Origin: Magnetococcus sp. DMHC-6
GTDB taxonomy: Bacteria; Pseudomonadota; Magnetococcia; Magnetococcales; JADFZT01
Assembly: GCA_039908535.1 (NCBI GenBank)
Contig: JAMOAW010000002.1
Coordinates: 25,462-89,461 of the forward strand
Reading direction: 5' to 3'
DNA length: 64,000 nucleotides
Shown: positions 47,291 to 57,155 of the stretch, piece after piece
How the letters are laid out: every line of letters begins with the position of its first letter
Position numbering within the stretch: the stretch's first letter is position 1
Position numbers and translations under genes: made by a program
Notes under the pieces: generated by a model
Told to the model about the DNA's origin: nothing
The model's input: only the letters and a program-made list of their open reading frames with translations
Databases searched by the model: none

Positions 47291-47731
47291 TTACAACCCC
47301 TCCGAACCGTGATCATCGGTCAGGCACTGGCTATGGTCGCCTAATGTTTGCAATATCCGACACCTTTCCACCCGCCCTGCCCCGCAACCTGCGATAATGC
47401 GTTGTAGTTCCGCACGCAACCCCGCCAATCGTTCGATTTTTAGCTCCACAGTCCGAAGGTGTTCCCGAGCCACCGCATCCACTTCGCCACAAGGTCGATC
47501 CCCCGCTTGGGCTAGGGTGAGCAGACGGCGGATTTGATCCAATGAAAACCCCAATTCTCGACAATGGCGAATAAAAAGCAACCGCTCTAAATGATTGGCA
47601 GAGTATAGCCGTTGATTGCCGCTTGACCTTGGGGGGGTGGTCAGCACGCCGACCTGTTCATAATAGCGGATCGTTTGCACCTGACATCCTCCCATTTTAG
47701 CCAAATGGCCTATGGAAAATTCTTTAGCCAT
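47291..47731 (-). CDS. MerR-family metal-responsive transcriptional regulator
   Basis: N-terminal HTH FSIGHLAKMGGCQVQTIRYYEQVGVL. C-terminal cysteines (..DRPCGE.., ..AGCGAGRVERC..). 146 aa. Confidence 0.85.
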   Translation of the reverse strand: MAKEFSIGHLAKMGGCQVQTIRYYEQVGVLTTPPRSSGNQRLYSANHLERLLFIRHCRELGFSLDQIRRLLTLAQAGDRPCGEVDAVAREHLRTVELKIERLAGLRAELQRIIAGCGAGRVERCRILQTLGDHSQCLTDDHGSEGL

Positions 47732-47746
47732 TCTGTATTTTTTTCC

Positions 47747-47777
47747 TTGAAGCTATAGTTGCTGTAGGTTGTAGATT
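47747..47777 (+). promoter_or_regulatory. MerR-type promoter: TTGAAG -35, 19-bp spacer with imperfect dyad CTATAG-TTG-CTGTAG, TAGATT -10
   Basis: Read directly from the sequence. The overlong 19-bp spacer with a dyad inside is the MerR-family hallmark. It faces the permease gene and lies divergent from the merR-like gene. Confidence 0.55.
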
Positions 47778-47861
47778 TTTCGATATTATCTCAAAAGGCA
47801 AAAAATAGACATGTGTTTTGTGTATTTTGCATCATCCTCTTTAAAAAAAGGAGTTATTTGA

Positions 47862-48915
47862 ATGGCACTGTTTTTGGATCAACTGCTTAGTTTACTGCTA
47901 GAGATATCTCCTTGGTTGATTTTTGGGTTGCTGGCGGCAGGTTTGGTCAAGGCTTGGGTTCCTGAAACTCTGATCAGCCGTTGGTTGGGGGGGAGTGGTA
48001 TGGGTAGCATTACCCGAGGGGCATTGATTGGCACTCCGTTGCCTCTGTGCTCATGTAGCGTGATTCCCATGGCCATGGGGTTATATCGCAAAGGGGCTTC
48101 CAAACCGGCCACCATCTCTTTTTTAGTAGCCACTCCAGAGACCGGTATTGATTCTATAGCCCTTTCTTGGGTGCTTTTAGGACCGTTTATGACCCTTATT
48201 CGTCCAGTGTCGGCCATGATGAGTGCTATTTTTTCTGGTGTTTTAATTCTTATTTTTGCCAAAGAGCGTGCCACCTCTCCCCTGCCCCAACCCAAAGCTT
48301 GTATTAAATCCTGTTGTGGTGTTTCCGCCAATTCCAACGACTCTCTCCCAAAGCCCACCCACACACAGACGCTAAAATATGGTATAGCCTATGCGATGGG
48401 GGATATGTGGGATGATTTGGCGTTGTGGCTTATGGGGGGAGTTGTGGTGACGGCGGCGGTGATGACTTGGATTCCCCAAGGGGAGTTGACCGACTATGTG
48501 GGGGGGGGGGTGGCTCTCCATGTTGAGCATGGTTCTGGTCAGCGTTCCGGTCTATGTCTGCGCCTCTGCCTCCACGCCTGTGGCTGCCGCTATGCTTCAT
48601 GCCGGTTTGACTCCTGGCATGGCCCTAGCCTTTCTCATCGCTGGACCCGCTACCAATCTGGCAACTTTGGTAGTGGTTTACCAAGAGATGGGGGGACGTA
48701 CCTTGACCGCTTATCTGGTTGGCATCGTGCTGAGTGCCATGGGGATGGGGGCTTTGACGGATTTTATTGGAACACAATGGCCTGTGTTGCAAAGCGTTGC
48801 CAACCTGAATACCGGTGCCGAAGCGGCACTGCCGGTTTGGCTGGAGTGGGGATGTACATTGTTTGTGTTGGGGTTGACGGGACGGACTTTGAAACAAAAA
48901 ATTAAAATGGGTTAA
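47862..48915 (+). pseudogene. ArsP/YraQ-like (DUF318) permease with vicinal-Cys motif, frame broken at a G11 tract (ORFs 47862.. and 48496..48915)
   Basis: N-terminal half has PLPLCSCSVIP. After the G run at 48500-48510, frame 1 becomes Arg/Cys-rich nonsense. The other frame reads membrane-like LSMVLVSVPVYVCASASTPVAAAMLHAGLTPGMALAFLIAGPATN. Confidence 0.7.
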
Positions 48916-49079
48916 ATGAGAGATTCGGAAGGGATCTCTCTCAATGGAAGCCATCTTAACTTATAAAGAAAGCGGCTTGATGAGTGAAACTAAAATGAAA
49001 AAAACTGATCCATCTACTATGATTTTGATTTGTATTAGTATGAATGCGGTTGAACTGCACCTGCTTTTGGAACGCCGGC

Positions 49080-49988
49080 ATGCCTTCTCCCCTGCCCTTT
49101 AATCTTTTGGTTCTCTTAGGCCCCACCGCATCGGGAAAAACCGCTTTGGCGGTGGAGGCGGCGTTGCAGTTGCAGGGAGAGATTATCTCGGCAGACTCGC
49201 GACAGGTGTATCGGGGGATGGATATTGGGACTGGAAAAGATTTAAACGAATATGGGGCGATCCCCTACCATATGATCGATATTCTCAATCCAGATCAGCC
49301 TTTTAACCTTTTTGAATTTCAAAGCCGCTTTAATATGCTGTTTCCAGATATCCTCTCCCGAAACCGTTTGCCATGTTTAGTGGGGGGAACGGGGTTATAT
49401 GTGGAGGCGGTGTTGATGGGATATCCATTAAAAGAGGCCCCCTCTAACCCGGAACGCCGCCAAGAGTTAGAGCGTCTCGACCTGGAAGCATTACAAAAAC
49501 TCTTGTTAAGCCACCAACCCAGCTTACACAACCGCACCGATCTGCTGGAAAAAAAATATCTCATCCGCGCCATCGAAATTCAAGAATCTCCTCTCCCCCC
49601 TCTCCCCGCTCCCACTTTAGCAATAAAACCGATCGTATTTGGTCTGCGCTTTGACAAAACCACACTCAAACAACGAATTACCAACCGTCTGCGACACCGC
49701 ATGGCCCAAGGTTTGATCCAAGAGGTGGAACAACTCCTCGCCCAAGGGTACTCCCATGCGACTTTGGAGGCCTTTGGGCTGGAATATCGTTTTGTCTCCC
49801 AATATGTACGCGGTGCACTTCATAATCGCAATGACTTGTTCCAAAAGCTCAATTCGGCCATCCACCAATACGCCAAACGCCAACTCACTTGGTTTGCCCG
49901 CATGGAACGGCATGGCATCGTCATTCATTGGTTGGACGGTGAAAAAAAACCTTTGGCGCAACTATTGCATATAATTGATCGCATATAA
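49080..49988 (+). CDS. miaA: tRNA dimethylallyltransferase
   Basis: LLGPTASGKTALAV...ISADSRQVYRGMDIGTGK. Start taken at ATG 49080. Confidence 0.92.
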   Translation: MPSPLPFNLLVLLGPTASGKTALAVEAALQLQGEIISADSRQVYRGMDIGTGKDLNEYGAIPYHMIDILNPDQPFNLFEFQSRFNMLFPDILSRNRLPCLVGGTGLYVEAVLMGYPLKEAPSNPERRQELERLDLEALQKLLLSHQPSLHNRTDLLEKKYLIRAIEIQESPLPPLPAPTLAIKPIVFGLRFDKTTLKQRITNRLRHRMAQGLIQEVEQLLAQGYSHATLEAFGLEYRFVSQYVRGALHNRNDLFQKLNSAIHQYAKRQLTWFARMERHGIVIHWLDGEKKPLAQLLHIIDRI

Positions 49989-50065
49989 GATGTAAGCGTT
50001 TTTTTTCCGATACAAACCTTACCAGCCTGAAACATTCAGGTGGACATTTACGAACGGGAATACAT

Positions 50066-53000
50066 ATGCAAGCCGGCACAATACTTGCCGAAAACCGCTA
50101 TACCATCCTAAAACAATTGGGAGAGGGAACCTTTGGTTCGACGTTTTTAGCCCTGGAGGAGAGTTCTAGGCTGAAAGTCGTTGTCAAGCCAATTGGGCCA
50201 ATAGTGGTTGGCGATGATCGAGAATTTAACAATTTGATAAAAAATTTCCATTTTGTTCATCATTTGGATCATCCCTGTATTGCCCAACTTCACGCTTTGG
50301 AATATGATGCCAAAATTGGGCAACATTTTCTGGTCATAGAATATATTGATGGCCAAAATTTAAATGAATTTCGTAAAAAACAACCCGACGCAAAACTCAC
50401 GGTGTTGGATGCTCTACATATTTGTCAACAAATAGCCGATGTTTTAGACCATTCCCACCGCACCATTTTACATCGTAATCTTAAACCTGAAAATATATTT
50501 ATATATGCGGACGGAATGGTCAAATTAACCGATTTTTGCCTGACTTCAGAAGCCATGCGGGCGCAATTATTGCAAAGCCGCACGATATGCCAGGGGGGGC
50601 AAACATTTCCCCATCCCTATCTGGCCCCGGAACAGCTCTTCTCATTTCCTCCCCCAGGACCAGCGGCAGATCGGTACGCATTGGCGGCCATTTTTTATGA
50701 ACTGGTGGCTGGCTCTCCCCCCCCATGCAACCAAATTAAATCCACGGAACTGGCGAAAAAAAATGATTTGGTTGGCAACGAATCGTTTAAACCGCTGGAC
50801 AAACTGAGTAAACGTCAAAATATTGTGTTAGCAGAGGCCCTCTCCCAAAATCCCGCTTTGCGTTATCCTTCGGCTGGAGAGTTTATCGAGGCCTTGACAC
50901 CCACCCGGTATACCACGCTAGGTAGCCACAGTCACACCCTTATGCTATTAGGCGGCCTTACCCTTATTGGTGGACTGACCGCTTTGTTGCTATTTTCTGA
51001 TGGTTGGGGCCCCGCGCCCTTCTCTGCCACCCCTCCACAAACAGAAAATCAGCCGTTAAATAATGAGATCACGACCTTGGCCTTACAAATTCATAGCGTA
51101 CCGGAAGGGGCCAATTTAATATTGAACGATCAATCTATTGGCCAAACGCCTTTTATTGGCAAAAAGGTACTCAAAGGTCGTTATCATATTCGTTTGGAAA
51201 AATCGGGATATAAAACTACCGACATCGAGGTGACCCTCAACGCCGATACCCGGCTTGACTTAACCTTGGTTGCTGAAATAGCGGATAAAACCATTGTATC
51301 TGAACAAGAACCTCTTGGCAAAGGGCTGACCAAACATATCCAAGAATTGCTTGATGCCGCCAACCAGGATATCAAAGCCGACCGACTCACCGCGCCGGTC
51401 AACAATAATGCCTACGAAAAATTGCATCAAGTATTGGATTGGGATCCCAACAACGCCGAAGCCAAAGCATCCCTGACCAAAATAGTCGATATATATCTTA
51501 AATTAACCGATGAAAACGCCACCAACTTGGAAGAGGCCGCCAAATATTTAGAAAAAGCCTCTACAATCCAACCAAATGATCCACGCATTAAAGAATATGA
51601 GAAAAAAATGGATGTCTGGTTGCGCGAGCGGCGTTTGACAGTTCTTCTTGAATTGGCCCAAAACCACGTCGATGCCAATCGTCTGACACAACCCGATGGG
51701 AACAACGCCCTAGAGGTCTACCAACAAATTTTACGCATTGATCCCAACCATGCCGAGGCGTTGACCGCCGTCAAAGGGATGATCAACGATCTATTAAAAG
51801 AGGCCCGTGCCGATATTAAAGCCGAGCGTTTCATCGCACCAGATAGACAAAACGCCTTGGAAAAATTTCGTTTTATCCTAAAAATAGATCCCAATAATAC
51901 CGATGCCCAAGCGGCAATTGAATCGCTCTTTGACCACTATTTAACCTTAGCTAAAAAAGCCAAAAATGATGTGGATGAGATGAATCGTCAATTGGATATG
52001 GCCAACAAAGTGCGACCAGACGACTCTAGAATTGAACTCTACCGCCAAAAAATAAACACAGATTTACAAAAAAAGGCCGAGTCTGAACAACAACAAAAAA
52101 TTCACGATACCCTGCAACGCGCCCAACACTATTTGGAGGCCGACCAACTGACCCGTCCAGAACAAAACAACGCCTGGACCCAATTGCAGGCCGTTTTGCA
52201 ATTGGACCCTGAAAATGGTGCGGCAAAAGCCGGAATCGATCAACTGGTTGAAAAGCTATTTCGTTTTGTCGACATCGATATTCAAGAGCGACGCCTGAAC
52301 AATCCCCCCACGCGCAACGCCTTGGAAAAATTGCGCACCCTTGAAGAGATTCGGCCCAACGAACCCAGAATACAAAGTGCTCGCGAACGCATTGGTACCA
52401 TGTATCTGGAAATGGCCACGCAAACACAAGGGGAGAAGGCCGAGCAATATCGGCAGCAAGCGACCCTGCTGCTGCCCAAGTCATCCACAACGGATACCCC
52501 CTCCAATCCTCTGGAGCAACTCTCTGCCCTTCCTCAAGGGGAGATAGAAACCCTTTTAAAACAAGCGCAAGATGATCTAGAGGCCCAACGACTCACCCAG
52601 CCATCCGATCAAAACGCCATGGTGAGATTTAAAAAAGTTTTGCAATATGACCCGCAAAATCAACGTGCCCTGGCCGGATTGCGCGAAGTCGCGCATCAAT
52701 TAGTTCTCTTTGCCCAACAAGATCTTAAAGAGGAACGCCTCTCTAAACCAGCCAATAAAAACGCCCTGGATCGCTTTCGTCTCGCCCTAGAGGTAGACCC
52801 CAACAACCAAGAGGCCCAGCAAGGGATTCGCGATGTTGCCAGGGCATTGTTAAAAATGGCCCTGGAGATGGCTACAAAAAAACCTAACAATGCCGAGCCA
52901 TTGTTTCAAAAAGCCGCGCTCATTTTACCCGAAGATGAAGAGATCAATTTGGCCTATCAAGCGTTCAAAGGCAACAACGGTATACAAAAACCCCTAGAAC

Positions 53001-53833
53001 AGGCCCCAGTCGCGACCCCGCCCCCCATCTCTCAACCCGTAGCAACGACGGAGGCGCCCCCCATAACCAACCAACCTCCCCAAGGAGCACCCTCCCCCCT
53101 CGCCAACGCCGAAATATGGCGCGAACCCTCGACGGATATCTCTTTTGTGCATTTGCCAAAAGGGTGTTTTCAAATGGGCAGTCAACCAAACGATTCCGAC
53201 GAAGAACCGACCCATGAGGTGTGTGTCGACTCCTTTTGGATGGGACAGTATGAGATCACTCAGGAACAATGGGTAGCGGTCATGGGGCAGAGAGGTAACC
53301 CCTCTCGTTTTCAAATGGGCAAAGAGTATCCCGTGGATCAAGTCTCCTGGAATGAAGCGCAACTGTTTATAAAGACCTTCTCCAATCTGACCAAAAAACA
53401 GTTTCGTCTGCCGACCGAGGCCGAATGGGAGTACGCCTGCCGGGCCAACACCACCACCCCTTTTTCGTTTGGTGCCACCATCCAACCCCAACAAGCCAAT
53501 TATAATGCCAATTTGGTCTATGGACAGGGATCCACAGGGGTCTATCGGCGTTCTTCAACACCAGTGGGAAGTTTTCCACCCAATGGCTTCCATATTTTCG
53601 ATATGCATGGTAATCTATATGAATGGGTAGAAGATTGGTATGAAAAAAGCTATTATCACACTTCTCCTAAAAATAATCCCAAGGGTGGAGATGGTACAAG
53701 TGGTATGCGCGTTTTACGAGGTGGAGCTTGGTACAGCAACCCTGAAAACCTCCGTTGTGGCTACCGATATCGGGGACGACCTGATATTCAAAATTATGGC
53801 AATGGCATGCGCTTGGTATATGTTTCTCCTTAA
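50066..53833 (+). CDS. Membrane-spanning multidomain protein: Ser/Thr-kinase-like domain (HRN/DFC variant), TM, PEGA domain, ~7 helical repeat modules, C-terminal FGE-sulfatase (SUMF1-like) domain
   Basis: GEGTFGSTFLA, VVVK, HRNLKPEN, TDFC, YLAPE. SVPEGANLILNDQSIGQTPF (PEGA). Repeated ..RLT.P..NNA.E....L..DPNN.EA... C-terminal RLPTEAEWEYACRA..., RVLRGGAW. Confidence 0.85.
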   Translation: MQAGTILAENRYTILKQLGEGTFGSTFLALEESSRLKVVVKPIGPIVVGDDREFNNLIKNFHFVHHLDHPCIAQLHALEYDAKIGQHFLVIEYIDGQNLNEFRKKQPDAKLTVLDALHICQQIADVLDHSHRTILHRNLKPENIFIYADGMVKLTDFCLTSEAMRAQLLQSRTICQGGQTFPHPYLAPEQLFSFPPPGPAADRYALAAIFYELVAGSPPPCNQIKSTELAKKNDLVGNESFKPLDKLSKRQNIVLAEALSQNPALRYPSAGEFIEALTPTRYTTLGSHSHTLMLLGGLTLIGGLTALLLFSDGWGPAPFSATPPQTENQPLNNEITTLALQIHSVPEGANLILNDQSIGQTPFIGKKVLKGRYHIRLEKSGYKTTDIEVTLNADTRLDLTLVAEIADKTIVSEQEPLGKGLTKHIQELLDAANQDIKADRLTAPVNNNAYEKLHQVLDWDPNNAEAKASLTKIVDIYLKLTDENATNLEEAAKYLEKASTIQPNDPRIKEYEKKMDVWLRERRLTVLLELAQNHVDANRLTQPDGNNALEVYQQILRIDPNHAEALTAVKGMINDLLKEARADIKAERFIAPDRQNALEKFRFILKIDPNNTDAQAAIESLFDHYLTLAKKAKNDVDEMNRQLDMANKVRPDDSRIELYRQKINTDLQKKAESEQQQKIHDTLQRAQHYLEADQLTRPEQNNAWTQLQAVLQLDPENGAAKAGIDQLVEKLFRFVDIDIQERRLNNPPTRNALEKLRTLEEIRPNEPRIQSARERIGTMYLEMATQTQGEKAEQYRQQATLLLPKSSTTDTPSNPLEQLSALPQGEIETLLKQAQDDLEAQRLTQPSDQNAMVRFKKVLQYDPQNQRALAGLREVAHQLVLFAQQDLKEERLSKPANKNALDRFRLALEVDPNNQEAQQGIRDVARALLKMALEMATKKPNNAEPLFQKAALILPEDEEINLAYQAFKGNNGIQKPLEQAPVATPPPISQPVATTEAPPITNQPPQGAPSPLANAEIWREPSTDISFVHLPKGCFQMGSQPNDSDEEPTHEVCVDSFWMGQYEITQEQWVAVMGQRGNPSRFQMGKEYPVDQVSWNEAQLFIKTFSNLTKKQFRLPTEAEWEYACRANTTTPFSFGATIQPQQANYNANLVYGQGSTGVYRRSSTPVGSFPPNGFHIFDMHGNLYEWVEDWYEKSYYHTSPKNNPKGGDGTSGMRVLRGGAWYSNPENLRCGYRYRGRPDIQNYGNGMRLVYVSP

Positions 53834-53861
53834 CGTAACCTAACTAAAATCGAGTTTATCT

Positions 53862-54362
53862 GTGAACCCGATCAGAATCTTTATCCTAACCTTATTGATC
53901 TCCTTATTGGCCAGTTCCTTTTTGGAAAATATGGATGGCTTAGGGCTCTCCTTGTCCGATATCATAGCCACGTTGGCGTTATTGGGGGTCATCCTCTATT
54001 TTCGCAAAAAAAATATCGCAAAACAGCAAAAGCCTTTTTTTACCAATTCTCAACAAACGCCATCTCCCATGGAGCCAAAACCCAATGAGAACACCGTGAA
54101 TATCCCCTCCATGTCCTCTAAAAAAGAGACCGATCGCGTGATTCACCATCCCCCGGCTTGGTCTGTGATTGAGCGAGGCGATCCCGTTGGTCGGTTTCGC
54201 AATACCGCTATTTACAACTGGATACGTACCTCTGATCTACGTAGCGCGGAATATTCTGGTATTGTCACCATAGATATCCCCGAAAATTGCCCATGCGTTG
54301 AAATTCCCAGTCGCGGAGAATTAATTCTGCCGCCCGGACTGGTGTACGCCATTCGGTCTTAG
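53862..54362 (+). CDS. Hypothetical membrane-anchored protein
   Basis: 166-aa ORF (GTG start) with two N-terminal hydrophobic segments. No motif recognised. Confidence 0.4.
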   Translation: MNPIRIFILTLLISLLASSFLENMDGLGLSLSDIIATLALLGVILYFRKKNIAKQQKPFFTNSQQTPSPMEPKPNENTVNIPSMSSKKETDRVIHHPPAWSVIERGDPVGRFRNTAIYNWIRTSDLRSAEYSGIVTIDIPENCPCVEIPSRGELILPPGLVYAIRS

Positions 54363-54367
54363 AATAG

Positions 54368-56912
54368 ATGAAAAAAGAGTCCGGGCATACGCCGATGATG
54401 GAGCAATTTTTGGCCATCAAAGCCGAATATCCGGGAACTCTGCTTTTTTATCGCATGGGGGATTTTTACGAACTCTTTTTAGACGATGCCATTCAAGCCG
54501 CACCCGTGATGGAGATCGCTCTCACCACCCGTGGAAGATCCAACGGTGAACCCATTCCCATGGCCGGGGTGCCGATTCATGCCGCTGAAAGCTATTTAAA
54601 AAAGCTTATTTTGGCGGGTTTTCGGGTGGCTATTTGTGAACAAATGGAACCCGCAGGCCAGAGCAAAGGCCCAGTCCGACGCGAAGTGGTCCGTTTGGTA
54701 ACGGCTGGGACCCTCACCGAAGAGGAACTATTAGAGGCACGAGCCAATAATTTTTTGGTCGCCATTGCCCCACCGCACCCTAAAGAGCTCCGCATTGGCA
54801 TTGCCGCCTTGGATCTTTCAACGGGTCAATTTCAAGTCGCCCGCGCCGATTCTTGGGATCAAGCCGCCGCCGAGTTATCTATTTTAAATCCCGCCGAGGT
54901 CATTGCCCCCACCGAATGGCATCCTGTGGAGCCGTTTTCCCCCTGGCTCAAAAAACTCACCCGCCGTCCAAATTGGGAATTTGACCCTGGGGAGGCCTCC
55001 CGGTTGCTCATGGACCATTTTTTGTCAATCCGCTGCCGGTGGCTTGCTGGCTTACTGCCGTGAAACCCAAAAAGATGCCTTGACCCATATTACGGGCCTC
55101 ACCCGTACCTATCCCGATGACACCCTTATTTTAGATGATGCCTGCCGCCGCAACCTGGAGATAAATGTCAGTTTGCGCACCAATCAACGCAAAGGAAGCC
55201 TTGGCGATCTTCTGGATACCGCCCATACCGCTATGGGAGGGCGGCTTTTGCGCGGCTGGTTAAACCGTCCTTTGCGCAGTTGTTCTCTTATTCAACAACG
55301 TTTGGCGGGCGTCGAATGGTTTTTAAAACATTTTCAAAAACGGGAAACCGTCCGCCAAACTCTTAAAAAGGTCCACGATCTGGAACGTCTTTTAGGTCGC
55401 ATTGCCCTTAAACGCGCCTCACCAAGAGATTTGGGTGCCCTGCGGGATACCCTCAATTGCATTCCCCTTGTGGAACAACTGTTCACAGATCAAAAACTCC
55501 CGGAGATTTTGCAACAGGTATTACCTTCGTTATCTCAACATGCCGACTTGTCGGTCCGTTTAAACCAAACTTTGACCGATGAACCCCCCATTAAACTCCA
55601 AGATGGCAACGTCATTCGCCCCCTTTTCAACCCAGAACTGGATAAGTTACGCACCATCACCGAACATGGCAAAGAGTATCTGGCCGAATTGGAGCAACGG
55701 GAGAGAAAAAAAACCGGTATTTCTAGCCTCAAAATTGTCTATCATCACAGTTTTGGTTATACCCTACAAGTCACCAATACCCAACGGGATAAAGTACCCT
55801 ACCATTATATTCCCAAACAGACCATGGTAAACGCGGTCCGCTATGTAACCGAAGAGTTAAAACAAGAGGAAGAGACCATTCTAAATGCCGAAGTCAATCT
55901 GACTCACATGGAGGCTATGCTGTTTGAACAGTTGGCCCTTGAGGTGTCAGAACATGCGGCCTCTTTACAACAGACCGCTCATGCGTTGGCTGTTCTGGAT
56001 GTCCTGACCACCTTTGCCGATACCGCTCATCGGCGCAATTATTGCCAACCATACCTAGAAGAAGGCGACACCATTGACATTCGCAATGGCCGCCACCCGG
56101 TGGTAGAGGCTTTCAACGACACCCCTTTTGTCGCCAACGATACCCTCTTAAATACCACCACCAACCGCATTGCCCTCATCACTGGCCCCAACATGGCAGG
56201 CAAGTCCACCTTGATGCGTCAGGTGGCCCTTATTGTTCTCATGGCTCAAATGGGCTCTTTTGTGCCGGCAAGCAGTGCCAAAATTGGTTTGGTGGATCGT
56301 ATTTTTACTCGAATTGGGGCGGCCGATGATCTGGCCGGGGGGCGTTCAACCTTCATGGTAGAGATGACAGAAGCCGCGCACATTCTACACCATGCCACGC
56401 CTCGCTCTTTGGTGATTTTTGACGAAATCGGACGCGGCACCTCTACCTTGGATGGCCTGGCCATTGCTCGGGCCGTGGCCGAACATATTTATTCTTATAA
56501 CCGCTCACGCACCCTTTTTGCCACCCACTTCCATGAATTGACCATTTTGGAACAACTCAATCCCGGCATTGTCAACCATACTGTAGAGGTCAAAGAGGTT
56601 GAAGAGCAAATTCTTTTTCTACACACCATCATTCGCGGGGCCGCCGATCGTTCCTATGGTATCCACGTCGCCCAACTGGCAGGGCTCCCCGCCACCGTCA
56701 TCACCCGTGCCAATGCCATTTTGGCCGATCTAGAATCCAACGCACCCCAAAAGAAACGCCCTGCTAAACCGAATAAAACCCAAACGCAATTAAGCCTTTT
56801 TTTAGAACACCCTCCTGAACCAATCGTTTTGGAATTAAAACATATGAATCCAGACGATCTAACCCCCAAGCAAGCCTTGGAGTTACTTTATCGATTAAAA
56901 AAAATGGTTTAA
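54368..56912 (+). pseudogene. mutS: DNA mismatch repair protein MutS, reading frame broken near 55018-55025 (ORFs 54368..55063 and 54903..56912)
   Basis: N-terminus: [30 protein letters not shown]. After ...LLMDHF the frame changes at a T6 run and resumes [16 protein letters not shown].... The second ORF has Walker A GPNMAGKST and DEIGRGTST. Confidence 0.85.
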
Positions 56913-56938
56913 TGGTCGTGCGCTTAGATCTATTTTCG

Positions 56939-57155
56939 GTAGCACCACACTTAACCGTGGTCATTTGTTTTTTGATTTTATTATTTAAAAAAAAAGGGGT
57001 CTGGGGGATTGCCCCCAGGGTTTTTCTTTTACTTTTGACCTCGGTTTTGCTTTCTTCAAAAAGCAGGGGGATTGGGGGATGCAATCCCCCAAGGTCTTGA
57101 CTTGGCTTTTTGTTCAGGCACTCGTTCATCGTCCACACTTAAATGTGGTGGTACC
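56939..57155. mobile_element. MITE family 1, copy C, complete, flanked by a 9-bp direct repeat CTATTTTCG
   Basis: Termini GTAGCACCACACTTAACCGTGG ... CCACACTTAAATGTGGTGGTACC. CTATTTTCG occurs at 56930-56938 and 57156-57164. The right copy contains the recQ stop codon. Confidence 0.85.

Noticed and set aside
47879-48954. Minus-strand ORFs 47879..48364 and 48625..48954
   Set aside because: They are antisense to the permease gene in a GC-rich segment. Long antisense ORFs are expected there.
48916-48960. Hairpin TGAGAGAT..ATCTCTCTCA after the permease, as a Rho-independent terminator
   Set aside because: The stem is imperfect and is not followed by a T-run.
51184-53579. Multiple 64-166-aa minus-strand and alternative-frame ORFs inside the kinase/FGE gene
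   Set aside because: They are fully embedded in a 1255-aa ORF with clear domain motifs, and they are Arg/Gly/Pro-rich shadows.
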